Part shown: one piece after another, positions 45,126 through 56,130 of the stretch | Position numbering within the stretch: the stretch's first letter is position 1 | Layout: each line of letters begins with the position of its first letter | IMG/VR virus record: IMGVR_UViG_3300021255_004328 | Length of the DNA stretch: 64,000 nucleotides | From: a virus | Lineage: Duplodnaviria; Heunggongvirae; Uroviricota; Caudoviricetes | Strand: one strand, 5' to 3' | Made by a program: the position numbers and the translations under genes | Notes under the pieces: generated by a model | Database searches by the model: none | What the model saw: the letters and a program-made list of their open reading frames with translations, nothing else | What the model was told of the DNA's origin: nothing

Positions 45126-48100
45126 TTAAGCTCCTAAACCACTCATAATTTGAGCAAAGTCACCGTTATTTGGCATAATGTCTGTTTGGTCTTCAATAAT
45201 AGGCCACATAGCATAAGCCGAAGCTCCAACTAAAGCAACTGGGTTATCTTTTGTTGATACGCCTTCCATACCGATGCTTCCGTCTGTTACCATTTCAAGT
45301 GAGAGTTGAGAACGATAACCGATTGCTCTTGGTAAAGCACTCTGAACAGGAACAATCCAATAATCGGCAGATTGCTTTGCTCCACAAAGAAGTGCTTGTG
45401 GATCTTTTTCGCCACTTGCAGTTAAGTCTTTGAGAGCAGAAGTATTAACGCCGCCGTAGTAATTGAAAAGGATTTGATTATCTTCAGCCATCTTACTCCA
45501 ATCAATGTTCCACTTTGCATCATCATAGCCGTATGTGATATATGGGCCATTTGGATTTTGAAGTTTCTTTGCAGCATTATCTTCATCACGGTGCTTTTCA
45601 ACTGAATACAATTTATAAACGCCATCTTCAGGTTTAACTGCGTACTTAATCTTACCTTTTCTGATTGCCCAGCCGTTTTCATTCCAAGTTTCATCAGCAG
45701 CAAGTTTATCGCCATTTGCTTTATTCTTGAAAGTGCCGTCTCTTTTCTTTACAAAAGATATTGGCTGAACAGGAACAACTCTTTCGTCAGTGCGTTTGAG
45801 TGTACCATCTTTAAGCTTTTCTTGACAAGCCAAGTATCTTTCATAAGAAACATATTGAACCTTAACATAAACAGTTTTAATTCTATCAGGCTCAAGTTCT
45901 GCATTTGAACCTGCAGCTTGCTTTTTAAGAACATCTGCTTTCATAGCAAGTGTATTTTGTATTTCATAGAAAGAAACATCAATCTTTGAAGACTTGCCTT
46001 GGAATGCAGTCATATCAACAGTACCTGCAGATGCAACAGCCGAACCTACAACTTGAGGTAACATCTTTTCAAGGTGACGGCACATCCACAAAGTACCATC
46101 TTGTTTGTTACATCTCTTGTTGATAAAGTATCTTCTTGCTTCATACAAAACATTGAGGTAAGCAAGTAAGAATCTTTCAGGCTCTTCATTTGCTTTCAAA
46201 TCAATAAATTCATTTACTGACTTCCAAGCGGTGTTCATACTGTTATAAGAATATGAACCCATATCCATATAAAGATAAGGCTCAAGCAAACGCTCCACTT
46301 TAAGAATTGTTTCTTTTCTTTGGTCAAGTACCAATCCTAAGTCATCGTGTAATCTTTGATTTTCTGAAGGACTGTTACAGAACCATTCACGGGCAATTTT
46401 TATCCAAGGGTTGTAACCATAAATGTCTTCACACCAAGATGCTTTGATACAACCTGCAGGAAGACTTCCGTCACCGCTAAGAGAACTTTGAGAACCTGTC
46501 TTTTCGTTGATAATTATATCACCATTAGGGTCTGCAATATAATTCTTTTTTGGGTCAGCAAGATAATATGTTCTTGGTGATATAAGCCCAGGTGACTTCG
46601 CAGTGCCTTCAATCATTTTACGAATAAAGTCAAATGAAACAATGTACTGACCGTGTTCATCTTTACCACAAATAAAGTCTTTAGCAAAATTGAGGTAACC
46701 TTCTTGTGTTGCGAGAATGTTGTATAAGAATCTTGGTGCAATATCAAAAGAAGTAAAGTAATACTTCAATGCAGACCAAGCGTTCTTCAAATAAACAGTA
46801 TCTACGATGTCGTGATTTTCTGTGTACTCAACACCATTCTTTGTCAATGTTACTAAACGCTTAACTGTTGTGTAAGTTCTGATGTCACTTGCTCTAATCT
46901 TAAATGAACCTGCTGCTGACTGAACAGTACATCCTCGAGATTCAATATGTGTAAGAGCATCAGCAAAACTTTTACCTTCAACATCAATTCCATATTGAAG
47001 AACCTTAAAGTTTACTCTTAAAGGACCGTTTGCGTCACCACGATAGAATGTGTTTCTCAATCCCATATTGAGAATCATTGCGTGCCACCAATTAGGAGGT
47101 GTTATTTCTCTATAAATGGCAAAACCGTTTCCTTCAGGACGATAAGTGTTTCCGTTGATTGTAACTTCACCTTTGTTTATCCATCCTGCAATCTGCCACA
47201 TTGGGAATCTTATATTTTTGAAAGCAACATCCATCCAAGAGCCGCCATTCATATCAGCAGCTTTTTGTTTAGAGCAACATTTATTTGAATAAACTTCTGC
47301 GCCATCATCTGCCTCAAAGTCAAGGCCTGGGATGTCACCGATAATACCTACGCCTGAGATACCGTTGTAAGATGCAATCATACGGTCTGAACCTACAATG
47401 CCGTCTCTTACAATAGATGTATCAAATAACGGAATTTCTCTTCCTGATATTCCTGTTATAAGGTCGTAAGGTGTCTTTCTCGTTTCACTACAGTTTGTGC
47501 CTGTGTAGCCTGCGCCCATTACAGAAAGAATTGAGTTATTTGCTGTTTCTTTAGTTACGTTTCCATCAATAGGAGGTGATGATACACCGATAGACTCTTC
47601 ACCGTTATTTACAGAACCATAGTTTGTAAATGTTGGCTTTGAAAGTCCTGCCCAGAATCTGTCAGTTGAGTACAACTTAACAGACATATATGTTTTCCAA
47701 CCGCAGTGTCTTTCCCACCAATACTTTCGCTTGTTTGAAGAGTATGTTCTTGAGTGTAAACAGAAGTAATAAACAGGCTTTTGATTATGATATATTTCAG
47801 CACGGAATAAACAGTCAGGACGTCCTTGTCCATCTCTTGTTAAGAAGAATGCTTTATTGTGCGCGCCGACCATACCGCCCCACCAGTCAACAATACTTGT
47901 CATTATATTGTGTTCAGCATTGGTCTGATGAACATCCAATACTTGCCAAGTAGCTTCATTAAGAATGCCCCATTGAGAATAATTGCCGCCTTGAGGTCCG
48001 TCTACAAATAATTCGTAGTCTTCATTTGGCTGCGTTGCAAATAAGTATGCATAATCTCTTGAGTAACCGAACAATGCTCTATAAGAATTATTCCAAGCGT

Positions 48101-51032
48101 TCTTAAATACTTTATTTGAGTAGTTAGGCAAGTAAGACTCATAGTGTCTTGTTTGAACAATTCTCCAAGGTGCGTTAGGCTCTGAATGGAGAACATATCT
48201 TTTGAATGTTGTAAATTTCCATTCATAGTGCCAAGCTCTTTGGCAAGGCGCATAATAAGATACTCTTAAACGCCAACCCCACCGACTGCCTGTCCATTCC
48301 CAGTGATAGTACCAAGAGAAGTTGTAATATCTGTTCCAATAATAATCATACCAACCGTGATTCCAACAGCCATACCACCACCAACTTGAAGTCAAGCCAA
48401 GGTCTTTGTGGAACCATTGCCACCAACCATAGCCTTCGTAATGATATGGCTCGCCGTTTGAGTAATATGATGGACGAACCCATCTCCATTCCCACCAACC
48501 CCAGTACCAATAATTCCAGCCCCAGTGCCATTGAAGCTGTGCATAGAACTCAACATCATTGTAAACTTTTACACGAAGATACGCAGGAACTTCACCTGTG
48601 CTGTGATGTCCTTTCTTAAGTCTTGCAAGTCCTGCTGACCAAGATTGCTCATAGGCTTGTCTTTCACCGTTTGCAACAGCTGAAACATTTGAACACCACT
48701 TTTCGTTTCCTTTATAGTAATAATTGTCTTGATGATTTGGAACTGATGGCCAAGTAATGCCGCCATCTGCATCGTGATTGAAGTTGTCAGGACATTTATC
48801 AATACGAGGAACATTTCTTAAGAAAATGTTGTTTTCCTGATAGTAAGACTGATATGATTTTGGTGAACGGTAATAAGAGTGAGGGCCGCCAAAAAGAGTT
48901 GGGTTATACTGAGGAACACCAACGCCGTTTGAATTGTCTACAAGTTTTTTATCAGTGCCTAATAAGTATGCGTGTTCAGCGCCTTCATCGAGAGCATCGT
49001 TTGAACTTGCTGCCTTTGTTGCGCCAATAGAGTCTTGAATTGCGCCATACGCATTCTTTTGGTTAATACTTCCGTCGCCATTTGCGCCAGCTTTTGAAAG
49101 TGCAGAGCTCTTTGAAGAGTCTTTTTTATTGAACATATTTAAGAATGTCAATGCACCTTTGAAAACTGAGCCTGGGCAGTACTTGTTACCACCCGAACCT
49201 TCTTCTGGGTCATTGAAAGAATAACCTGTGTTCTGACCATTACCTGAAGCATCATTACCACCAACTACCATATCGTAGCCATCATAAGGCTCGCCATTTC
49301 CGCCTACTTGATAATTGATTACCTGAACATCTTCGATTAAGTCTCTTTTATGATAAAGTCCAATACTTGTTTGTAAGAAAAGAATATCAATATCTGAGAA
49401 GCCATCATCTTCTGATGTGTATAATGTTTTCCAAATTTTACCGCCATAGTTCCATTCTTTATAACCTGAAAGAGCAGCACCTTCAAAGTCTTGGAACATC
49501 AATCTGTTCTGAACAGAGTCGCCTCTTATTCTTCCGTGATTGTCTTTTCCTTCCAAGTAATTACGCAAACCTGCTTTTGCGATTCTGTAATAATTAGGAA
49601 CATAAGCAGTTGCACCGTCAGGAGCAGTAATCTTATCAAGCCAACCTGACATAGCTGTTGGGTCAGGATATAATGTATGCCATTGTGAATAAGGATAAGC
49701 ATTGATTATCCAAGACTTATGATTGTCTCCATATATTTTTGAGATGGCACAGTTGATAACACCCCAAGATGCAGCTCTATCATCGGGCTGTCCGCTTGTT
49801 TCCCAACCATAATGATTTGGATTGTCTTTGTCCAAACGGTGAGTCAACATTATGATGTTAGGTAATGTACTTTCAGTGTTTGTTACCAAGCCTTCCTGAA
49901 GATACATTGAAAGATCCCACTCTGTAAGGTATGTTGAAACAATACCTGACATACCTTCAAGAACCCACTGCAACATATTGATGTTATCATTGATTGCCTT
50001 AAACCCAGGTGCACGATATGTAAAAGAAGAACGAGCAGCAAGTCCGTTGCTCATATCATAAGTATCATAGTATTTATTTTCTTCGTTTTTGATTGCAAGG
50101 CGAGTGTCTTCTGCCTCAGTTACAGTTACCTCTTTTCCATCTTTACGCAATTCTTCATTCTTTGCGTTAAGCTCTTCTTGTCTTTTGTTCTTTGCTTGCT
50201 CGAGGTAATCTTTCATTGTCATTGTACTTACAGAAGATGTCTCACCCTGAGACTTTTTGTAATACAATTTGCCATCAGTGCCTCTGTATTTAATACGCTG
50301 TCCCGATGCATCAAGAAGGTAACCGTTGTTATCAACTTCAAGGCCTGTTTCTTTATCGTACTTTTTTGTGCTTATACCTTTCCAAGAAGTTGGCTTTATA
50401 TTTAATGGCGCATAAGGAGGGAACCAAATAACAGAATAATATTCTGACTTATCTTTAAGAGATGTGCCTTCCCATTCTTTATAATCAACTTTTGAATTAA
50501 AAAGAGCACGAGTTCTTAAACGGCCGTACTCATCTGTTTGATTATTTACAGTCCCAGGCTTTGCTTTACCTGTAACTTCACCAAGACGATACTTTGCATC
50601 AGTTTCGCCTACAGGAGATATATACATATCATAAAAGTTTTGAATAACTTGTAAAGCAGCTTGAGTATTTATCTGATTGTTGAGCTTTTCACCTGCATCA
50701 TCGCCAAGAGATCTTAATGTCCAACCTTTGAGGTCAAGGTAAGAAGCAAGTTCTGCACTGTCTTCACCTGCTTTTTGCAAATTCAAAAATTCAGATAATG
50801 TCCATTCGTTCTTACCGTTTGCAACCGCACCTGTGCCATTTGTATCAGTAATAGGAACATTCACATAATTCCCATACTGATCTTTTACTGTACTGAAGCG
50901 TGGATTTTTTCCAGCCGCATCATACATCTTTTTGAAAAAGTTTTCGTTTACTATAGCCTTTTGTTCGATTGCACCTGTGAGAGATGTCCAATCTGTTGCG
51001 GTACCGTCAAAAAAAGTATCTAATCTCATCAA
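45126..51032 (-). CDS. giant virion protein of 1968 aa containing an extremely Trp/Tyr-rich segment
   Basis: A 5.9-kb ORF. Roughly residues 833-945 (nt 48200-48540) contain about 25 Trp and about 20 Tyr in 112 aa. Confidence 0.6.
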   Translation of the reverse strand: MMRLDTFFDGTATDWTSLTGAIEQKAIVNENFFKKMYDAAGKNPRFSTVKDQYGNYVNVPITDTNGTGAVANGKNEWTLSEFLNLQKAGEDSAELASYLDLKGWTLRSLGDDAGEKLNNQINTQAALQVIQNFYDMYISPVGETDAKYRLGEVTGKAKPGTVNNQTDEYGRLRTRALFNSKVDYKEWEGTSLKDKSEYYSVIWFPPYAPLNIKPTSWKGISTKKYDKETGLEVDNNGYLLDASGQRIKYRGTDGKLYYKKSQGETSSVSTMTMKDYLEQAKNKRQEELNAKNEELRKDGKEVTVTEAEDTRLAIKNEENKYYDTYDMSNGLAARSSFTYRAPGFKAINDNINMLQWVLEGMSGIVSTYLTEWDLSMYLQEGLVTNTESTLPNIIMLTHRLDKDNPNHYGWETSGQPDDRAASWGVINCAISKIYGDNHKSWIINAYPYSQWHTLYPDPTAMSGWLDKITAPDGATAYVPNYYRIAKAGLRNYLEGKDNHGRIRGDSVQNRLMFQDFEGAALSGYKEWNYGGKIWKTLYTSEDDGFSDIDILFLQTSIGLYHKRDLIEDVQVINYQVGGNGEPYDGYDMVVGGNDASGNGQNTGYSFNDPEEGSGGNKYCPGSVFKGALTFLNMFNKKDSSKSSALSKAGANGDGSINQKNAYGAIQDSIGATKAASSNDALDEGAEHAYLLGTDKKLVDNSNGVGVPQYNPTLFGGPHSYYRSPKSYQSYYQENNIFLRNVPRIDKCPDNFNHDADGGITWPSVPNHQDNYYYKGNEKWCSNVSAVANGERQAYEQSWSAGLARLKKGHHSTGEVPAYLRVKVYNDVEFYAQLQWHWGWNYWYWGWWEWRWVRPSYYSNGEPYHYEGYGWWQWFHKDLGLTSSWWWYGCWNHGWYDYYWNRYYNFSWYYHWEWTGSRWGWRLRVSYYAPCQRAWHYEWKFTTFKRYVLHSEPNAPWRIVQTRHYESYLPNYSNKVFKNAWNNSYRALFGYSRDYAYLFATQPNEDYELFVDGPQGGNYSQWGILNEATWQVLDVHQTNAEHNIMTSIVDWWGGMVGAHNKAFFLTRDGQGRPDCLFRAEIYHNQKPVYYFCLHSRTYSSNKRKYWWERHCGWKTYMSVKLYSTDRFWAGLSKPTFTNYGSVNNGEESIGVSSPPIDGNVTKETANNSILSVMGAGYTGTNCSETRKTPYDLITGISGREIPLFDTSIVRDGIVGSDRMIASYNGISGVGIIGDIPGLDFEADDGAEVYSNKCCSKQKAADMNGGSWMDVAFKNIRFPMWQIAGWINKGEVTINGNTYRPEGNGFAIYREITPPNWWHAMILNMGLRNTFYRGDANGPLRVNFKVLQYGIDVEGKSFADALTHIESRGCTVQSAAGSFKIRASDIRTYTTVKRLVTLTKNGVEYTENHDIVDTVYLKNAWSALKYYFTSFDIAPRFLYNILATQEGYLNFAKDFICGKDEHGQYIVSFDFIRKMIEGTAKSPGLISPRTYYLADPKKNYIADPNGDIIINEKTGSQSSLSGDGSLPAGCIKASWCEDIYGYNPWIKIAREWFCNSPSENQRLHDDLGLVLDQRKETILKVERLLEPYLYMDMGSYSYNSMNTAWKSVNEFIDLKANEEPERFLLAYLNVLYEARRYFINKRCNKQDGTLWMCRHLEKMLPQVVGSAVASAGTVDMTAFQGKSSKIDVSFYEIQNTLAMKADVLKKQAAGSNAELEPDRIKTVYVKVQYVSYERYLACQEKLKDGTLKRTDERVVPVQPISFVKKRDGTFKNKANGDKLAADETWNENGWAIRKGKIKYAVKPEDGVYKLYSVEKHRDEDNAAKKLQNPNGPYITYGYDDAKWNIDWSKMAEDNQILFNYYGGVNTSALKDLTASGEKDPQALLCGAKQSADYWIVPVQSALPRAIGYRSQLSLEMVTDGSIGMEGVSTKDNPVALVGASAYAMWPIIEDQTDIMPNNGDFAQIMSGLGA

Positions 51033-51057
51033 TGACCTCTATAATTTAGTCTTATAT

Positions 51058-52545
51058 TTATTTTACACTGAAAGGACCTAAGAATGAAGCAAGGTCGTTA
51101 AGTTTCTGTTGAACACCTGTCTTATCTTCAGTATCAACTTCTTTAACTGCATTCTTTGTATTATCGACAACCTTTTTAGTGCTGTTAAGAACATTATTGA
51201 TTTTACTCTTAATACCCTGTGGGAGAGCTTTTGACATAAGATTTTGAAGTCCCGCGCCAGTAATGCCTTCGCCACCAAATAATTTTTGATTGAGTGCTTC
51301 TTTACCCTGATTCCAAGAATCTTCTTCTGCCCAAGACTTAACTGCATTTTTCCAGTTTTCAGCGCCTTGCTCAAACTTATCTTTATCAAATGCGTCAGCA
51401 AGTTCTTTTCCTAAAGCCTGTCCTTGATTTGCAAAACTAATAACTGCTGACTTTGTTGAACTGATTGAACTTGAAATGCCTGAAAGAATTTCATTTATTT
51501 GGTCAAGAATTGACTGTACTTGTTCTGTTTTACAATCAAGTTCCAACATATTCCAAAGCATCTGTAATATCTCACCAATTGCAGTAATAAGTAAAGCAGC
51601 AATCTTTTCTGCAACCATTTGAATAACTTGTCCTGCAGCAGGAGGGTTAATCCAACATTGTGCAGCAAATGTTATCATCTTTACGATAGGAACAACAATT
51701 GTAAGAATTAAGAGAAGAACTTTCTTAAGAACATTTACAACTTTTAATATCGCAAGAATTGCAGATAATATAGGCAATTCTTTAGTGATACATTCGATAA
51801 CTTCTTTTTCTCTTTCGGCAGCAGCAGCGTCTCTGTTAGCGTTTGTTTCACCAACTGAATCATCAGCTGCCTCAGCGGCGCTTTTCTTTTTTGCTTCACC
51901 GCCACCTGCTCCATCATCTTCATCGTTATCATCATCACTGTTCCCGTCAGAATTAAGTGATGCATTGATACCTTTTTTCAAATCATCAAGAAGATTGCTT
52001 TGGTCATCAAACTCTTCATCACCATCTTCGTCAAAGTCATCACACCCAGGGTTATATAATTGTGTTAAGTCGCCACCGCCTCCTGGGAATGGCCCAGGCC
52101 CCGGCTGAGGAGGAGAAACTGCGAGAACATTTATAAGAATACCTTCAAGTTCACCTACCAAAAAATCAACTTGAGTATCAAGCCCACCACCTGGGAGTAA
52201 TAAGTGGGAGTCAGTTGGGTCACCACCCAAACTTAACTTCATTGCAAGTTCGTTTGCATTTACTTCAGGATTTGGGTCAGGTCCTAAACCTGCGCCTGAG
52301 GATTCAGTTTTGAAGTCATCATTATCAATCTTTTCAGGAACTTTATATTTTGGCAGAGATGTTGCCATTGCGTGAAGTTCACGAAGACGATTTGCAATCT
52401 TTTCCATAATTGCATCTTCTTCAGACTCCAGCTCTTCGAGATTAGTTTTTGAAATTTCTCTTTTTGGGTTTAAGTCAGAATCACCGAACTCATAATCGGA
52501 ACCCAAGTAACGGTCATATACTTTTTTAAGAAATTCTTCTGCCAT
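51058..52545 (-). CDS. acidic Gly/Pro-rich protein with a central hydrophobic membrane segment; candidate internal virion, ejection or tape-measure-like protein
   Basis: The PGPGPFPGGGGD stretch, poly-Asp stretches, and the hydrophobic ILSAILAILKVVNVL...IVVPIV segment. Confidence 0.45.
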   Translation of the reverse strand: MAEEFLKKVYDRYLGSDYEFGDSDLNPKREISKTNLEELESEEDAIMEKIANRLRELHAMATSLPKYKVPEKIDNDDFKTESSGAGLGPDPNPEVNANELAMKLSLGGDPTDSHLLLPGGGLDTQVDFLVGELEGILINVLAVSPPQPGPGPFPGGGGDLTQLYNPGCDDFDEDGDEEFDDQSNLLDDLKKGINASLNSDGNSDDDNDEDDGAGGGEAKKKSAAEAADDSVGETNANRDAAAAEREKEVIECITKELPILSAILAILKVVNVLKKVLLLILTIVVPIVKMITFAAQCWINPPAAGQVIQMVAEKIAALLITAIGEILQMLWNMLELDCKTEQVQSILDQINEILSGISSSISSTKSAVISFANQGQALGKELADAFDKDKFEQGAENWKNAVKSWAEEDSWNQGKEALNQKLFGGEGITGAGLQNLMSKALPQGIKSKINNVLNSTKKVVDNTKNAVKEVDTEDKTGVQQKLNDLASFLGPFSVK

Positions 52546-52581
52546 AATAAAATTAGTTTTATCTAAATGGCAGGAAGATTT

Positions 52582-53271
52582 TTATTTTAAATCTTTATCA
52601 GTCAAACGAATAATAAGATCTTTTGCAGGAATTTTTGGCCACACATTTGACATATCAAAGCCAATGCAACTTAACTTTTGCTTTGGACTTAATTCTTTAA
52701 TGTAAGTCAATTCAAGGCCTTCATCTTTTAAAATTTTGTTTACTTTTTGATTTATAGGATTGTCGACTGCTCTTTGATACGATGTGCCGTAGTAATATTC
52801 AAATACTTCGTGAAGAACTGTTCTCCAACATTGGTCAAAAAAGTAGTCCCAGTTCATATCAAGAAAAGCATACTCATCACATTTTAACTTTGTTTTTTCT
52901 AACAACTCTATAACGTATTCTCTTTCCTGATTATCAAGACACTCAGGAGAATCTGAGTCCCATACGTCTAAGACAAATCCTAAAGGACTGTTTTCTGCGA
53001 TTGAACCAATTGCCTCGTGAAATACTAAAGGTATAACTTTGTACCCACTTTTTGCCATTCTTTTAACGTCTTCATCAAACATTACAACCTGTGCATTTTC
53101 ATCAAGGCCATTAAAATAAAGATTGAGCATCCAATCGTAAATAAGGTCAAGTTTATCTGGATTTTGTGTTAGGTAACAGCAGAACTCTGCAGTGTTTTCA
53201 ATTCTTTTTTCTATTTCGTTTTCAGGAACAAAATACTTTTTGTATAAGTCTTTAATATAAGTTGTTGACAT
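52582..53271 (-). CDS. hypothetical protein
   Basis: ORF. Confidence 0.5.
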   Translation of the reverse strand: MSTTYIKDLYKKYFVPENEIEKRIENTAEFCCYLTQNPDKLDLIYDWMLNLYFNGLDENAQVVMFDEDVKRMAKSGYKVIPLVFHEAIGSIAENSPLGFVLDVWDSDSPECLDNQEREYVIELLEKTKLKCDEYAFLDMNWDYFFDQCWRTVLHEVFEYYYGTSYQRAVDNPINQKVNKILKDEGLELTYIKELSPKQKLSCIGFDMSNVWPKIPAKDLIIRLTDKDLK

Positions 53272-53476
53272 CAATTACCTCAAATCGATAGACGTTAGTA
53301 TCGAAGATAGAGTTAATTACTAAATATCTTCTCAATTGTTTTATTATATTAACATCAGCGATTTTTATTGCTTGAAGTTTTGATTGTGACCAAGAGCATA
53401 AGCCTCTTTTTGAAGAGTCGTACCCTGCAAAATAAAATCTTGTTTTTGTTTTCTTTTCTACTATTGCAAAATACAT
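53252..53476 (-). CDS. hypothetical protein
   Basis: ORF whose start is uncertain. Confidence 0.35.
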   Translation of the reverse strand: MYFAIVEKKTKTRFYFAGYDSSKRGLCSWSQSKLQAIKIADVNIIKQLRRYLVINSIFDTNVYRFEVIDVNNLY

Positions 53477-53477
53477 C

Positions 53478-53660
53478 TTATTTACCGTCATCACCAAAAC
53501 ACATTTCAACGTAGTGTTTATGTGCTTTCCAACCTTCCGCAAAGATAAATCTTACAAGAGCTGCATTTACGACATTATATAATTCTTTATTTTTTAAAGA
53601 AAATTCGTCATAAGCAACCTCTATAGGTTTATCATTTTGGTAGTCTTCTTTTTCAAGCAT
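53478..53660 (-). CDS. hypothetical protein, 60 aa
   Basis: ORF. Confidence 0.35.
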   Translation of the reverse strand: MLEKEDYQNDKPIEVAYDEFSLKNKELYNVVNAALVRFIFAEGWKAHKHYVEMCFGDDGK

Positions 53661-53680
53661 TGAGGTGTCCTTCTAAAAAA

Positions 53681-53947
53681 TTAGTAGGAAAACACCTTCT
53701 TATTTTCAACGGTTTTATTAAGCCACTCTTCAAGAAAATCAATTTCAGTAACAAGGAATGATGTGATTGCAACAGGAGAACATTTTTCTGTAAATGAAAC
53801 AATAAGACGGTCAGCGTCAAAAGAGTCTTCACTTATTTCAATCCAACAATCTTCGTCATCATCGCGGTCATAAGACCAACTTTTGATTTTATTTTCAATG
53901 TCTGGATTATAATGAAAGCCTTTTATTTTAAGTTTTGTCAAATCCAT
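53681..53947 (-). CDS. hypothetical protein
   Basis: ORF preceded by GGAGG and the TTAATATT element. Confidence 0.45.
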   Translation of the reverse strand: MDLTKLKIKGFHYNPDIENKIKSWSYDRDDDEDCWIEISEDSFDADRLIVSFTEKCSPVAITSFLVTEIDFLEEWLNKTVENKKVFSY

Positions 53948-53971
53948 AGTGAACCTCCATTTACAATATTA

Positions 53972-53998
53972 ACAAAAACGGCGGACCGAAGCCCGCCT
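53972..53998 (-). terminator. rho-independent terminator GGCGGGCTTCGGTCCGCC followed by a T-run
   Basis: The hairpin and T-tract lie after the stop of the methyltransferase gene. Confidence 0.65.
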
Positions 53999-54002
53999 TA
54001 TT

Positions 54003-55283
54003 TTATTTCATAAACTTGTTGAACCCGCTTGGGATTGATTTCTTCGGCTTTGTTTTTGCCTCAGAACAGAAGTCTTGGTCAACATTCTGTGTTTCCGCAA
54101 TGTTAAGTTTTCCTTCAAGGAACTTCTTAACTTCATTACAGTAATACTGTGCTGTACATACAGGAACATTCTGACCAATCATACCCATTTTCTGTTTAGG
54201 TACTTCTGGGAAGTCATCAGGTAAAGCCATCAACCTCATACATTCACGGATTGAATAACCACGCTCTTCAACTGGGTGCCAAATACGACCCATAGAACGA
54301 CCATACAAAGAAGGAAGCTTGTGTGTACCAAAGTAAAGTGGAGCGCCTGACATCCAACCTTTGCCCTGAGCTTTCTTTGAGATGAAGTAATCAATATCAT
54401 CTTTGTCTTTCTGTCTGTCAAAGAACTGCTTTGCGTATGCAAGTTCACCGCATTCATCAGCGCAGAAGTCAGCAGCAGCGTTGTGCTTTGCCCATTCTTC
54501 GCGGTATTTATCACCCCACTTGTGCTTAAGATACTTTATCCAACCATCATCGCCTGAGCGAACCTGACAAGCGCCTTGCTGTTTTGGCAAGTCACCAATG
54601 ATGTCCATAATTGCAGGGATAGGAGCAGGTCCATCATATTCAAGATAAGGAGCATTACTGTCCTTTACGCAAATCATAAATGTACGAGTTCTGTTCTGTG
54701 GGAGACCGTGATGCAAAGTATTTACTTTTACAAGGTTGACACCATAGCCTGCTTCATTTGCCATTTTTGTAAGCTTTTCCTTGATACCTGCTCCAAGAGG
54801 AGTTGCAAGTTTGTAAGCATTTTCAAAAATGTAAACTTTAGGCTTCAAGTACTTCAAAACATTTGAAAGCATACCCAACATATTGTTGTTCTGAACTGCA
54901 TCAGAACCACGACCCATTTTTGAGTTGCTGCCTGACTGGGTATTTGCTGAAGAAAGTCCTGCACAGATAGGAACACCTACAACAACATCGAGATCCTTGA
55001 ATTCAGGCATATCCCAATTCCAAACAACTTTTTCATTACCCTCTTCATCAACTTCAGGTTTGAAATCTTCAGCAAGAGAATAAGCTCCACCGTTCAAATA
55101 AAAGTGTTTAAGATTGTTGCCTTTTACCTCGTTCATATAATTGAGATACAGTTCGGAATTTGCAACACCGTCATAGTCAAGAACTGCAGTAGGCGGACAA
55201 CCAAAAGCATTTTCTGCACCGATGGCGCAACCTCCTATCAATGGTTGGTACGCCAACCAACGAATTTCATTTGTTTTACTCAT
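54003..55283 (-). CDS. DNA (cytosine-5)-methyltransferase-fold protein
   Basis: GVPICAGLS is a PCQ-like motif IV. FENAYKL is an ENV-like motif VI. GLPQNRTRTFMI is motif VIII (QxRxR). The start was chosen at 55283. Confidence 0.65.
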   Translation of the reverse strand: MSKTNEIRWLAYQPLIGGCAIGAENAFGCPPTAVLDYDGVANSELYLNYMNEVKGNNLKHFYLNGGAYSLAEDFKPEVDEEGNEKVVWNWDMPEFKDLDVVVGVPICAGLSSANTQSGSNSKMGRGSDAVQNNNMLGMLSNVLKYLKPKVYIFENAYKLATPLGAGIKEKLTKMANEAGYGVNLVKVNTLHHGLPQNRTRTFMICVKDSNAPYLEYDGPAPIPAIMDIIGDLPKQQGACQVRSGDDGWIKYLKHKWGDKYREEWAKHNAAADFCADECGELAYAKQFFDRQKDKDDIDYFISKKAQGKGWMSGAPLYFGTHKLPSLYGRSMGRIWHPVEERGYSIRECMRLMALPDDFPEVPKQKMGMIGQNVPVCTAQYYCNEVKKFLEGKLNIAETQNVDQDFCSEAKTKPKKSIPSGFNKFMK

Positions 55284-56082
55284 ATTTCCAAAAATCTCCA
55301 TTTAAATCACATTTATTATTTTCAATACAACTTTTTATACGTTGTCTTGTAATGCCAGTTAATTTTTCAGCATTTAGCAAACTTGGATATTTAATGTTTT
55401 TTGTTACATTTATAATCACTTTGCCTGTTGAATGCTGCATTCTCAATTTTTGCTTTGTTTCATCTGATACTTTATGTCCTTTTCTCATCAAGGACATCTT
55501 TTTCTTAGTTTCTTCCGAGTGCTTTTTGCCTTTGTTAATATCAGAAAGATGTTGTATAATTTCAGGATGCTTTTTATATGTTTCTTTTAATGATTGACTG
55601 ATTTTATCAGCATACTCTTTTTGATTATATGAGCCATTTACTTTTCGTGTTTGTACACCTTTTAAATAATAATCTTTACTTCTTTTTTGGCTTAATTCTT
55701 TTGAAAGCTTAGACTTTACATCTGACAGCTCTTTTTTAAGTTTTTCATATAATCGAGAATTAACATAATTTTCCAAATCGTCTCTCTGATATTGCATTCT
55801 ATGAAAAGCAAACAACATTTTATAATGTGCATCACCTGAATTATAAATTTTACATAATAAATAATGCGCAAGATAATGTTCTCTTGCAGTAAGTAAAACT
55901 TTATTGTCTGCATCATCTTTCTTTTCTGGAAAGATTGATTTTGGCAATATATGGTGTTCTTCATAATACACATAATTAGGGTCGCTCTTTCGTCTCTTTA
56001 CCCTATTAAGAGATTTAACATAGGAGATATAATCATAATAATTTTTTTCATAGTTCATATTATTTAGTATGAACATCTGCAT
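55276..56082 (-). CDS. HNH homing endonuclease with C-terminal NUMOD3-type DNA-binding repeats
   Basis: EEHHILPKS...N...REHYLAH is the HNH motif. HSEETKKKMS and VSDETKQKL are NUMOD3 repeats. Confidence 0.75.
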   Translation of the reverse strand: MQMFILNNMNYEKNYYDYISYVKSLNRVKRRKSDPNYVYYEEHHILPKSIFPEKKDDADNKVLLTAREHYLAHYLLCKIYNSGDAHYKMLFAFHRMQYQRDDLENYVNSRLYEKLKKELSDVKSKLSKELSQKRSKDYYLKGVQTRKVNGSYNQKEYADKISQSLKETYKKHPEIIQHLSDINKGKKHSEETKKKMSLMRKGHKVSDETKQKLRMQHSTGKVIINVTKNIKYPSLLNAEKLTGITRQRIKSCIENNKCDLNGDFWKYE

Positions 56083-56130
56083 ACCTCCGATAAGTTTCTG
56101 ATATTTAGTTTAAAAACACGAAAATGAGCA

